Shown here in pieces: positions 22,490-33,079 of a stretch of 39,141 nucleotides of DNA (positions are counted from its first letter, which is position 1; every line of letters starts with the position of its first letter). The position numbers and the translations under genes are program-made. This DNA comes from Azolla caroliniana (taxonomy: Eukaryota > Plantae > Polypodiophyta), in contig JBHGNT010000290.1 in assembly GCA_043228905.1 (NCBI GenBank), forward strand, positions 1 to 39,141, given 5' to 3'. The notes beneath the pieces are model-generated. The model worked only from the letters and a program-made list of their open reading frames with translations. It did no database searches and had not been told where the DNA came from.

Positions 22490-22507
22490 TTCATGTCGGG
22501 TTCACCA
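22490..22507 (-). promoter_or_regulatory. Primer-binding site, tRNA-Trp (element B)
   Basis: 17/18 match to the other two PBS copies. Confidence 0.85.
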
Positions 22508-22562
22508 AATGTGTCGTGCCTTTCGGCGCCGGATTGTTGTGTGAGTCGGGTGGGAACCAGTT

Positions 22563-23264
22563 TGATGGGATTCGATCCCTGAGATTTGTGAGGAAGACCA
22601 ATTGTGAAACTACACAATAACGCGGAAACGGGAAACAAAAAAAAAAAGACAGAGATATACATTGCACATAGTTTTACGTGGAAACCCTAAACGGGGAAAA
22701 CCACGGGAGAATAGATCTACCACTATACACAGAGAGTACAAAATCTTCTCCGATTGTTCAGAGGATAACTAGTTAGGGTTCTTGACAAGTTCACTCAAAC
22801 TGTGCCGTCGCTCCCTCTCACGCACTCCCCACACTCTAACTAACAACTACAGAAAAACTCTAATTTGTATCACACCTGTTCTACATTTAAAGATTTGCCC
22901 TAATTGCATTTACACTTATACACCTTATGGGCTATTTACAAATGTAGTCCTTACTACTCTCACTTCTATTATTATACTGATAATATTAACAGTTAATCAG
23001 CTGACTGATTGATTAGTCGATTCGACTAGCCGACTCCAGTGTCGACTGTCCAGTCGGCCTGACTAGTCGGTTGTGTCTTCAACTTGATCAAATTTGCAAC
23101 ACAATCGACTCACTGTGTCAACTCTTTCTAAGTCGACAATCGGCTCTCCATGACTTCGACAATCGGCTTTGAGCCCGACTAGTTGGTTACTCCTTGTCTT
23201 CGGTTGTAGGCTCTTACTCAACCGAATAGTCAGCTCCTCCCACATCAGGGACATATTCCTAACA
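22563..23264 (-). mobile_element. Copia LTR H (related to F LTRs), orphan
   Basis: Shares TACGTGGAAACCCTAAACGGGGAAAACCACGGGA and the GGGACATATTCC(T/C)AACA end with F. No TSD found; left boundary uncertain. Confidence 0.7.
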
Positions 23265-23340
23265 TCTTCTCCCCCTCCTTCTTCTTGTTGGTTGGTTCCT
23301 TTTTACTCCTTGTTAATACAGTTTTATGTATACATTGCGT

Positions 23341-23357
23341 TCTCCCTCCCTCCCTCC

Positions 23358-23404
<47 letters not shown>
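23341..23404. repeat. (CT)n microsatellite
   Basis: Directly visible. Confidence 0.9.
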
Positions 23405-23407
<3 letters not shown>

Positions 23408-23745
23408 CATGCATAGAGAACCATATCCGATTCTTTACAAGGACGTTGGACGAGGCTATTACTGTTGGGAATTCGGTCCCTCCGGATGGGATCCAGATGA
23501 GAACTGCAGGAGCCAGATCGGACGAGCCGGATGAAGAAGCCGGATTCGGAAGGGTTCCAAAAACCGGAACTAGTGAATCCGGATGGATCCGGTGCGAACC
23601 GGATCCAAGGAAATATTTGTAAATATGTTAGGATAAGCCCACTAAGGCTATATTTGTAAATAGCTCAAAATTCATATAAGTATAAATATGACTTAGGGCA
23701 ATCACAATGCCCGCCCAGTGTAGTTGTTGTATACTAAGAGTGAGT

Positions 23746-23793
<48 letters not shown>

Positions 23794-24333
23794 CAGAACT
23801 CGTTTTCTGTTGTAACCGCCAGTTCGGCGAAGACATATAGCACAAGGTCATTGCCTCTGAGTCTCACATTGTATTCCTCCTCTCATAGTGATAGTTGGAG
23901 TCCGTGGGCTCCTATGGTTTTTCCCATTTAGGGTTTTCCACGTAAACATCATGTGTCATCTCGATTTCAGTTTGTTCTCTTCTATTCCTTGTTGAAGACT
24001 CGGTTGTGGCTGAGCGTTATTTCCGTACAAACTGGTATTAGAGCGAACAAAGGAAATGGAAGAATCATTCAGTGGCTTGTTCAAGCTCACCGGCTCAAAC
24101 TACCCAGTGTGGAAGTCGAAGATGAGGGATATGCTCATGGTCAAAGATCTCTGGTTGCCGATACAGTTTGGGGACAAGAAACCAGACAAGATCGATGCCA
24201 CGACATGGGAGGTGATGCACATAAAGATAACAGCGTACATCCGATACTTCGTTGACATGAGCCTATACAACAACGTCAATGAAGAAAATAAAGCTCATGT
24301 GCTCTGGGATAAAATTGGCACCAAGCTGGAGAG

Positions 24334-24804
24334 TGTCATGATAACACTCACATCATGCATCGAAAGGATCATGACACTCACATTATGACTCGAAAGGATT
24401 TGAACCCACAACCTTGTTGTACACATGTCAAATCCTTAACCATTGTATTAATATTCTTATATGTATAGTTTTTAGAATATGAAATCTAATATCATAGGAA
24501 TATTCTATATAACTCTACATTCTAGAATGACCTAGAATATTCTAGAGTGTTCTATACCACTAGAACCTTCTAGAATACTCTAGAGATCTTCTAGACTACT
24601 CTACATTCTAGGATAACCTAGAATATTCTAGAGTGTTCTCTATTACTTATAAATAGGGATCTACCACCCATCCCAAACCTAAATTGGTTCAATGCCATTT
24701 TGTAGCCTACTCTTTGTAATCCATTTTACTCTTCAATATAATAATTCTCTTTCAATTATCTCTCTATCTCTCTTTCTCTCTCTTTCTCTCTCTTCGTCTT
24801 GATA
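24334..24804 (+). mobile_element. Solo LTR of the element-A type in G gag
   Basis: TGTCATG..TTGATA (CA decayed); 5-bp TSD GAGAG (24329-24333, 24805-24809); TCTAGA/HSE array and TATAAATA as in A's LTR. Confidence 0.87.
24385..24452 (-). promoter_or_regulatory. tRNA-like A-box/B-box module in LTR U3 (antisense)
   Basis: Minus strand TAATACAATGGTTAAGG (from 24450) then GGTTCAAATCC (24406-24396). Confidence 0.68.
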
Positions 24805-27722
24805 GAGAGTAAAAATGTCGTAAATCGGGTTTCAGTATTCCAGAAGTTAGTGAGACTCCGGTACCAGGACAGATCTTGCATGGTGGAGCACATGAACGCA
24901 TTTCAGGGGCTCATAAACCAAACAACTTTGCTTGAAGTACCTCTAGTCGACGAGGTACTTGAATTGCTCCTGCTTGGCTCTCTCCTGGACAGTTAGGAAA
25001 CGCTAGTTGTCACTTTGGGCAACGCCGGGCCGGAAGGAAAGCAGTTGTCCCTAGCAAGGGTAAAATCAAGCTTGCTATATGAAGAAGCTCGTCGGAAGGA
25101 CCGGGAGTCCGAAACTTATCCGAAGGCCTTGGTCACGGAAGATGACCATTATCGGGGAAGAGGCCAGTATTGGAGTCCCCAAAACCGGGACAAATCGGGG
25201 ACGAGGTCGAAGTCAAGGGGGAGGCCTACATGCTTCTATTGTGGGAAGCCAGGGCACTTCCAGAAAAACTGCCGGCATTTCCGGAAAGAGAAAGGAACCA
25301 ACAATGCCGATTCGAAGAAGGGTTTGGACTGGAAAGTCTCGAATCACAAGGGAACGTCAGCAATCGCGACAAGTGAAGAAGAACTAATTCTCATTACCGA
25401 GGAGAATGAGTTAAAACTTGTCAGGGACGAGACAATGTGGGTTGTTGATTTCGGAGCATCGTTCTACGTGACACCAGACCGGAGATGCTTCTCATCCTAC
25501 ATAGTCGGAGATCACAGTTGTGTCCGGATGGGGAATGAAGGGACCTGCCGAATAATCGGCATAGGAGAGGTGTTGTTGATGACATCAACTGGATGCAAGT
25601 TGCTGTTGAAGGATGTCCGACACGTTCCGGAGGTTCAGTTGAACCTGATCAGCCGGTTGGCTAGATGATGAAGGCTACACGGGTAACATTCGGAATGGAG
25701 TCATGAAGTTCAGCAAGGGAAGCTTGATTGTGGCTCGAGCCCGGAAGATCAACATGATGAGAAATTGTTGCGCAATTAATCACAATAATCAGACGAAGCT
25801 GAAATACGAATCACACAAAAATGCGAGAAAAGACAAGATAGACGACTATACACAGAGATTTACGTGGAAACCCTAAAACGGGGAAAACCACGGGATCAGA
25901 TTCTTCACTATACAAATAGTGGATATACAATAGCGAGAAGATTACAACACTCTCTCACGAGTGCATCAGCCGCACAGGGCTCTTCACGTCTGTTGTTACA
26001 CACACAACTATGGCACGACTCTTCCTTCTCTCACACTCTCTGTCTTTCTCTCTCACGTTCTACAACTTCTGTTTTTACACTCTGTTCTCAACTAAAAGTT
26101 TGCCCTAGTTGCATATATACTTACGCAACTTTCTGATTATTTACATACGTAGCCCTCATGGAGCGCACACTTAGATTACTTACAATTATAGTCTCCCGAG
26201 TTGGCTATATACACGTTTTTGGTTTTGGCCTCGGCCGAGTCACTCATCAACTTGGCTCCATTGTCTTTCCCAACTAGAGGGACTTGTTTCCACACATCAT
26301 CATCATTATTATTACTATAATAATAATAGTCGAATATTCAAACAATCGACTCCTAGATTTCGACTCTTCGACTGTCGGCTTTCCGAACAGTCAGATCTTC
26401 CCTGTCATCAACTGTCAGCTTTCCGATCAATCGGTTCCTCCTCCAAATAGAGGGACATATTCCCAACAAACTCCCCCTTCACTTCTATGGGAGGAAATCT
26501 GTTAGTCCTGTATTTTGTCGACAGACTCTAAGTCTGTCCATAGGTAGGTTCTTCGTCAACATGTCAGATCCATTGTCGTCGGTATGGATCTTCACAAGGG
26601 AAAACTCTCCTTCTTTGACTCTCTCTCGCAACCAGTGATACCTTCTCTGTATGTGTTTGGTTCGGGAGTGGTATGCCGCGTTCTTGGCTAGGGGTATGGA
26701 GTTTTGACTATCACAATGAAGCAAGAACTCCTTTTGCTTCATGCCTAGTTCCGTGAGAAAATTTCTCATCCAGATCAGCTATTTTCCGGCTTCTACCGCT
26801 CCCATTTACTTTGCCTCTGTAGTCGACAAGGCTACAAACTTCTACAGTCGTGACTGCCACGACACTACTCCCCCTGCATAGGTCATCACGTACCCTGACG
26901 TGAATCAGCTCGAGTCGACATCTCTTGACATGTCCGAATCGGTAAAACCTTCCAGCACAGGTTTTCTGACACCATACCTTAGGCACACCTCCGAGGTGCC
27001 TTTCAAATACCTGAGTATCCACTTCACCGCTACCCAGTGTTCTCTCCCTGGATTACTCATATGTCGGCTTACTACTCCCACAACAAATGCTATGTCCGGT
27101 CTCGTACAGACCATAGCATACATTAGATTGCCAACGACTGAGGCATATGGTACCTTCTTCATCTCAACCTTTTCCTTTTGCCCTTTCGGACACTGCTTCA
27201 CATTTAATCTGCAGTTTGTCGGCAACACGGAGCCGACTGACTTTGCATTTCACATGTTGAACCTCTCTAGGATCTTCGTCACAACTTTTGTTGTGACAAC
27301 CATAACACCTTCCAAGCTCTATCTCGGGTTATGTGAATTCCTAGCATTTGCTTTGTCGGTCCAAGATCTTTCATGGAAAATGACTTGCCGAGAGCTTTCT
27401 TCAAGCTTCCAATCTTCCTTGTGTCTTGACCGACTATCAACATATAGCAAGAGAATCAAGAAATCTCCTTCCTCGTACCTTTTGACGAACACACAGTGAT
27501 CGGCCTGTGTTTTTTGGAACCGATGTTCCATCATGAAGGACTCAAATTTCTTGTACCATTGGTGTGGAGCTTGTTTCAGTCCGTACAAGCTTTTCCTCAG
27601 TCGACACACCAGATTCTCTTTCCTTTCTCCTCAAAGCCTTCGGGTTCTGCATGTAGATTTCTTCGTCCAACTCCTCGTGTAGAAATGCGGTTTTGACATC
27701 CAACTGTTCGATCTCTAGGTCC

Positions 27723-28344
27723 TGTTGGGATTTCGGTCCCTTTCGGATGGGATGGTCGGATATCGGAGATGAATGCCGACAAGCCCGGTTTCGGTTTCGG
27801 ATCCGGATGACGAAGACCCCGGCTTCGGTGCCGGATGACGAATGTACCCGGAGAGCGATCCGGATGCAGGGACATATCCGTGAATATGTTCGCTACGAGC
27901 CCCCTGAGGCTATAGTTGTAAATAGCCCAAAGTCATATAAGTATAAATATGACTTAGGGCAAACAGTTTTCCTGTTGCTTCTCATTTTTCTGTTTTTCCA
28001 TTTTAGAGGAGTGAAGAGAGAGAGCAGCCGTGAGAGAGAGAAAGAGAGAGAGCGCGAGAGAGATAGAGGTAGACGCCTCTGTGTATTTCCGCCGCCTGTG
28101 GCGAGGACAGCGAGCTCAAGGTCGTCGCCTTGGAGCTCGTCATTGTATACTTCTCTGTATAGTGTTGTTTGGAGTCTTGTACTCCCGTGGTTTTTCCCCG
28201 TTTAGGGTTTTCCACGTTAATCCTTGTGTACTCGCGTTTCTTCGTTTTGTTTCTACGTGTGTTTCCTATTTTCTGCTCCATTGATCCGCGATTAATCGGT
28301 TGTGGCCGAGATAAGAAGGTGGATAGAAGGGCCTATTCCTTACA
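27723..28344 (+). repeat. 5' LTR of E
   Basis: TGTTGG..TTACA; near-identical to 32458-33079. Confidence 0.96.
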
Positions 28345-28373
28345 AACTGGTATCAGAGCGACTGTTGCAGAAA

Positions 28374-31300
28374 ATGGAAGGCGGCGGCAGCGGGCAGCCG
28401 ATGATGATGGTGCTGAATGCACAGAATTACGCCGACTGGAAGATCAAGATGGAGGATCTTCTGATTGTTCGGGACCTGTACGAACCGATTGACAGGTCGG
28501 AAATACCGAAGGGGGTACTTGAGTCGGAGTGGAAGCTCCTGAACCGGAAAGCCGTAGCGACGATCCGACAATATGTCGACGTAAGCGTCCTGCAACATGT
28601 GGCGAACGACACCAACGCATACGAGATGTGGAAGAAGCTGTCTGGCCTCTATGAGAGGAAGAATGCGTTGAACCGGACCTCCCTGATGAGGAAGATTGTG
28701 AATCTCAAGTATCGGGACGGCGAGAGTATGGTGGAACACGTAAGCACGTTCATGGGATTCGTGAACCAGCTTGCGGCGATCAAGTTCCCGTTGGAGGATG
28801 CAATGCAAGCCATCATCCTGATGTGTACATTGCCGGAAAGCTGGGAGAACTTGGTGGTGACTCTCAGCACCTCGTGCACCGAAGATAACTTGTCCTTACA
28901 AACTGTAAAGACAAGTATTCTGAATGAAGAAGCGCGTCGGAGAGATAAGGAACCGGCCTCCGACCCGAAGATGCTGTTTACCGAATCGGATCGGGGAAGA
29001 CAATGGAACCGGAGTCCGCAAAGACGGGAGAAGTCGGGGACCCGGTCGCAGTCAAGAGGAAGGCCCACATGCTTCCACTGTGGGAAGCCGGGGCACTTCC
29101 GAAAGAATTGTCGGCATTACCGAAAAGACAACGGAGCCGACGACACCGACTCGAAGAAGTCACCGGAGAGAAACGGTGCATACCGGGGAGCCACGGACCG
29201 GAGAGGTTCGGATCGGCGAGGGCAAGACCGGAAAGGAACAACGGCACTCGCGGCAAGTGAGGAAGAAATCATGCTCATCACCGAAGAAGGTGAGCTAAAC
29301 GTTGCCGGCGATGAGACGACCTGGGTGGTCGATTCCGGAGCATCGTTCCACCTGACCCCGGAGAGAAGATACTTCTCATCCTACACAGCCGGCGAGCATG
29401 GCTGTGTTCGGATGGGAAATGAAGGTACGTGCCGGATTGCCGGCATAGGAGACGTGTGGTTGACAACCCCGACCGGATGCAAAATGCTGCTGAAAGATGT
29501 CCGACACGTTCCGGAGGTCCGATTGAACCTGATTTCGGCCGGGAGGCTAGATGATGAAGGCTACACGGGTAGCATCCGGAACGGTGTCATGAAGTTCAGC
29601 AAGGGGAGCTTGATAGTGGTTCGGGCCCGGAAGGTCAACACACTGTACCTGATGAATGCCCGGTTATGTCCGGAAGAGCTGAATGTGGCAGCCGACACTG
29701 CCGGTGAGCTGTGGCACAAAAGACTGTGCCACATGAGTGAGAAGGGGATGAAGAGGCTTGCAGAAGACAACCTCATCCCAGTGAAGCACGTGCACCTGGA
29801 GAAGTGCACCGATTGCCTGGCCGGTAAGCAGAACCGAACCTCCTTCCACTCAAGGCCACCGACGAGACGTAGCGCACCATTGGAGTTGGTGCACACTGAC
29901 GTGTGTCAGGTAGAGACGAAGTCACATGGCGGAGCCCAGTACTTCGTAACATTCATCGATGATCATAGCCGAAAACTGTGGACGGCACCGATGAAGACAA
30001 AGGACCAAGTGTTGTCCGTCTTCAAAGAACTCCATGCGAGAGTGGAAAGAGAATCCGGCAAGAAGCTGAAAGCGATACGAGCGGATAACGGAGGGGAATA
30101 CCGAGGGCAGTTCCAGGAGTACTGTCGCTCGAAGGGAATCCGACTCGAGTTTACTGTGCCGAAGACGCCGGAACTGAACGGGCTGGCCGAGAGGATGAAC
30201 CGGACCATAATGGAGCGGGTCCGGAGTATGCTGGCGCATGCGAAATTACCCAAGGGGTTTTGGGCTGAGGCAATGTCGACGGCGACATACGTGATAAACA
30301 GATCACCCTCAGTACCTTTGGACGGAGACACGCCGCAGAAAGTGTGGACTGGTAAGGAAGTGTCCTACCGGCATCTGAAGGTGTTCGGGTGTCTCGCATA
30401 CGTGCATGTGGCAAAGGACCGGAGAGGAAAGCTAGATCCGAAGACCCGGCCATGCATATTCCTCGGTTACGGCGACGACGAGTTCGGCTACCGAGTATGG
30501 GACCCGGTCGACAAGAAGATATTCCGGAGTCGTGATATCATCTTCATGGAGAACAAGACGCTCGCCGACTGGGAGTCGGAGAAGAAGATGAAGAGCTCCA
30601 AGTCGACCGGTAAGGATCAACTCTACGAGGAGCAGTCCCGACCGGCAAGGGACCGGTTAGCACTCGAGGATCCGGCCGAAGACAGTGAAGACACAGAACC
30701 GGCCGAAGAAGATGAAAATGATACCGGAACCGGCCCCGATCCCGAAATGGTCTCGGATGAAGAAGAATCGGAAGAACCGGTTACCGAAGCTCCGGAACGG
30801 AGATATCCTCTAAGAGAGAGAAGGGCCCCCCGGAGATTTCCGGAACCAGAGCACGTGCTGCTAACCGACGAGGGGGAGCCGGAGAGCTTTGAAGAAGCGA
30901 AGCATGACACCTGGAGCCGCAGGTGGTTGAGTGCCATGCAGGACGAGATGGATTCCCTGCATGAGAACCACACATATGAACTTGTGGAGTTGCCGAAGGG
31001 AAAGCGGGCACTTCGAAACAAGTGGGTGTTCAAGCTGAAACCGGGAGATGCCGGAAACCCCCCGAGATACAAAGCCAGGATCGTGGTGAAGGGGTTTCAG
31101 CAAAAGAAGGGCGTCGACTTCGACGAGATATTTGCCCCGGTAGTGAAGATGACCTCCATCCGGACGGTGCTGAGCATAGCGGCAAGCATGGACCTCGAGG
31201 TAGAACAGATGGACGTGAAGACAGCATTCCTTCACGGTGACCTCGAAGAAGAAATCTACATGCAGCAACCGGAAGGATTCGAGAAGAAAGGGAAGGAGCA

Positions 31301-32447
31301 CCTGGTATGCCGGTTGAAGAAGAGCCTTTACGGACTGAAGCAGGCTCCCCGGCAATGGTACCGGAAGTTCGACTCCTTCATGACCGACGAAGGGTACCTC
31401 AAAACGCAGTCCGACCACTGCGTGTTTGTGAAGAAGTTCGAAGGAGGAGACTTTCTAATACTCCTCCTGTACGTGGACGACATGTTGATCGTCGGACGGG
31501 ACCAGGTCAAGATACGGATGCTGAAGAAGGCTCTTCACCGAACCTTCTCAATGAAGGACCTGGGTCCGGCGAGGCAAATACTAGGGATGCACATCATCCG
31601 GGACCGGAAGAAGAAGCAGTTGTGGCTGTCACAGGAGAAGTACGTGACAAAGGTGCTTCAACGGTTCAACATGTCGGAAGCAAGACCGGTCGGATCGACC
31701 CTCCCGGCAAACTGCAAGCTGACCAGCAAGCAAAGTCCCAAGACAAAGGCTGAGAAGGAGGATATGATGGAAGTGCCGTATGCCTCAGCCGTCGGGAGCT
31801 TGATGTACGCCATGGTGTGTACGAGACCGGACATAGGATATGCAGTCGGAGTGGTGAGCCGGTACATGAGCAATCCCGGCAAAGAGCACTGGAACGCGGT
31901 CAAGTGGATACTCCGATACCTGAAGGGCACGGCAAACGTGTGCCTCCGATTCGGCTCCGGTAAGCCCGAACTCGAAGGCTTTACTGATTCTGATATGTCG
32001 GCTGATGCAGATACCAGCCGGTCCACATCAGGGTATGTGATGACGTATGCAGGGGGAGCTGTTTCGTGGCAGTCGAGGCTGCAGAAGACGGTTGCGTTGT
32101 CAACCACGGAGGCGGAGTACATGGCGGCTGTTGAAGCCGGCAAGGAAATAATATGGATGAAGGACTTCATTAGAGAGCTCGGTATCCGGCAAGAGGAGTA
32201 CCGACTCTACTGCGACAGTCAGAGTGCCATCCACCTTGCGAAGAACGCAGCCTATCACTCCCGGACGAAACACATCCAGCGTAGATACCACTGGATCCGG
32301 GAAAGGATAGAAGACAAGGAGTTCGTGCTGACGAAGATCCACACCGACGAGAACGGGTCGGATATGCTGACCAAGGTGCTCACACCCGACAAGCTGGAAG
32401 CATGCCGGAAGAGGATCGGATTGGAAAGACATCCCATGCCGAAGTGA
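28374..32447 (+). CDS. gag-pol: Copia Gag-Pol polyprotein, 1357 aa from the first ATG after the PBS
   Basis: CFHCGKPGHFRKNC knuckle, VVDSGAS protease, WHKRLCH..CTDC, HTDVC/DNGGEY/GLAERMNRT integrase, LLYVDDML RT, GFTDSD..TEAEY..CDSQSA RNase H. Confidence 0.96.
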   Translation: MEGGGSGQPMMMVLNAQNYADWKIKMEDLLIVRDLYEPIDRSEIPKGVLESEWKLLNRKAVATIRQYVDVSVLQHVANDTNAYEMWKKLSGLYERKNALNRTSLMRKIVNLKYRDGESMVEHVSTFMGFVNQLAAIKFPLEDAMQAIILMCTLPESWENLVVTLSTSCTEDNLSLQTVKTSILNEEARRRDKEPASDPKMLFTESDRGRQWNRSPQRREKSGTRSQSRGRPTCFHCGKPGHFRKNCRHYRKDNGADDTDSKKSPERNGAYRGATDRRGSDRRGQDRKGTTALAASEEEIMLITEEGELNVAGDETTWVVDSGASFHLTPERRYFSSYTAGEHGCVRMGNEGTCRIAGIGDVWLTTPTGCKMLLKDVRHVPEVRLNLISAGRLDDEGYTGSIRNGVMKFSKGSLIVVRARKVNTLYLMNARLCPEELNVAADTAGELWHKRLCHMSEKGMKRLAEDNLIPVKHVHLEKCTDCLAGKQNRTSFHSRPPTRRSAPLELVHTDVCQVETKSHGGAQYFVTFIDDHSRKLWTAPMKTKDQVLSVFKELHARVERESGKKLKAIRADNGGEYRGQFQEYCRSKGIRLEFTVPKTPELNGLAERMNRTIMERVRSMLAHAKLPKGFWAEAMSTATYVINRSPSVPLDGDTPQKVWTGKEVSYRHLKVFGCLAYVHVAKDRRGKLDPKTRPCIFLGYGDDEFGYRVWDPVDKKIFRSRDIIFMENKTLADWESEKKMKSSKSTGKDQLYEEQSRPARDRLALEDPAEDSEDTEPAEEDENDTGTGPDPEMVSDEEESEEPVTEAPERRYPLRERRAPRRFPEPEHVLLTDEGEPESFEEAKHDTWSRRWLSAMQDEMDSLHENHTYELVELPKGKRALRNKWVFKLKPGDAGNPPRYKARIVVKGFQQKKGVDFDEIFAPVVKMTSIRTVLSIAASMDLEVEQMDVKTAFLHGDLEEEIYMQQPEGFEKKGKEHLVCRLKKSLYGLKQAPRQWYRKFDSFMTDEGYLKTQSDHCVFVKKFEGGDFLILLLYVDDMLIVGRDQVKIRMLKKALHRTFSMKDLGPARQILGMHIIRDRKKKQLWLSQEKYVTKVLQRFNMSEARPVGSTLPANCKLTSKQSPKTKAEKEDMMEVPYASAVGSLMYAMVCTRPDIGYAVGVVSRYMSNPGKEHWNAVKWILRYLKGTANVCLRFGSGKPELEGFTDSDMSADADTSRSTSGYVMTYAGGAVSWQSRLQKTVALSTTEAEYMAAVEAGKEIIWMKDFIRELGIRQEEYRLYCDSQSAIHLAKNAAYHSRTKHIQRRYHWIRERIEDKEFVLTKIHTDENGSDMLTKVLTPDKLEACRKRIGLERHPMPK

Positions 32448-32457
32448 AGGGGGAGTT

Positions 32458-33079
32458 TGTTGGGATTTCGGTCCCTTTCGGATGGGATGGTCGGATATCG
32501 GAGATGAATGCCGACAAGCCCGGTTTCGGTTTCGGATCCGGATGACGAAGACCCCGGCTTCGGTGCCGGATGACGAATGTACCCGGAGAGCGATCCGGAT
32601 GCAGGGACATATCCGTGAATATGTTCGCTACGAGCCCCCTGAGGCTATAGTTGTAAATAGCCCAAAGTCATATAAGTATAAATATGACTTAGGGCAAACA
32701 GTTTTCCTGTTGCTTCTCATTTTTCTGTTTTTCCACTTTAGAGGAGTGAAGAGAGAGAGCAGCCGTGAGAGAGAGAAAGAGAGAGAGCGCGAGAGAGAAA
32801 GAGGTAGACGCCTCTGTGTATTTCCGCCGCCTGTGGCGAGGACAGCGAGCTCAAGGTCGTCGCCTTGGAGCTCGTCATTGTATACTTCTCTGTATAGTGT
32901 TGTTTGGAGTCTTGTACTCCCGTGGTTTTTCCCCGTTTAGGGTTTTCCACGTTAATCCTTGTGTACTCGCGTTTCTTCGTTTTGTTTCTACGTGTGTTTC
33001 CTATTTTCTGCTCCATTGATCCGCGATTAATCGGTTGTGGCCGAGATAAGAAGGTGGATAGAAGGGCCTATTCCTTACA
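32458..33079 (+). repeat. 3' LTR of E
   Basis: See 5' LTR. Confidence 0.96.

Larger units (their letters stand above)
2724..22555 (-). mobile_element. Element B: degraded Phygy-like Gypsy; own sequence is 2724-4893 and 22297-22555, split by element C
   Basis: Gag FNGKDVSRYLRNYKAEMLR (22473-22297) continues as C..EGLQVTSFNRV below 4890. Protease remnant 3850-4045, RT N-half 2724-3480, tRNA-Trp PBS 22490-22507, LTR end TGTCGTG at 22512. Confidence 0.85.
27723..33079 (+). mobile_element. Element E: intact Ty1/Copia (Tnt1/Tork-like)
   Basis: 622-bp LTRs, TSD GGTCC, PBS TGGTATCAGAGC (tRNA-iMet) 28348-28359, PPT 32441-32455, single open ORF. Confidence 0.97.

Noticed and set aside
27693-28284. 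LTR ORFs duplicated at 32482-33019 (also 25864/36069 and 18357/19299)
   Set aside because: Identical only because they lie in LTR or inverted-repeat copies; no domain-like content.
28302-28373. N-terminal 24 aa of the 1381-aa ORF call
   Set aside because: Begins at a GTG inside the LTR and crosses the PBS; the first ATG after the PBS (28374) is the plausible start.
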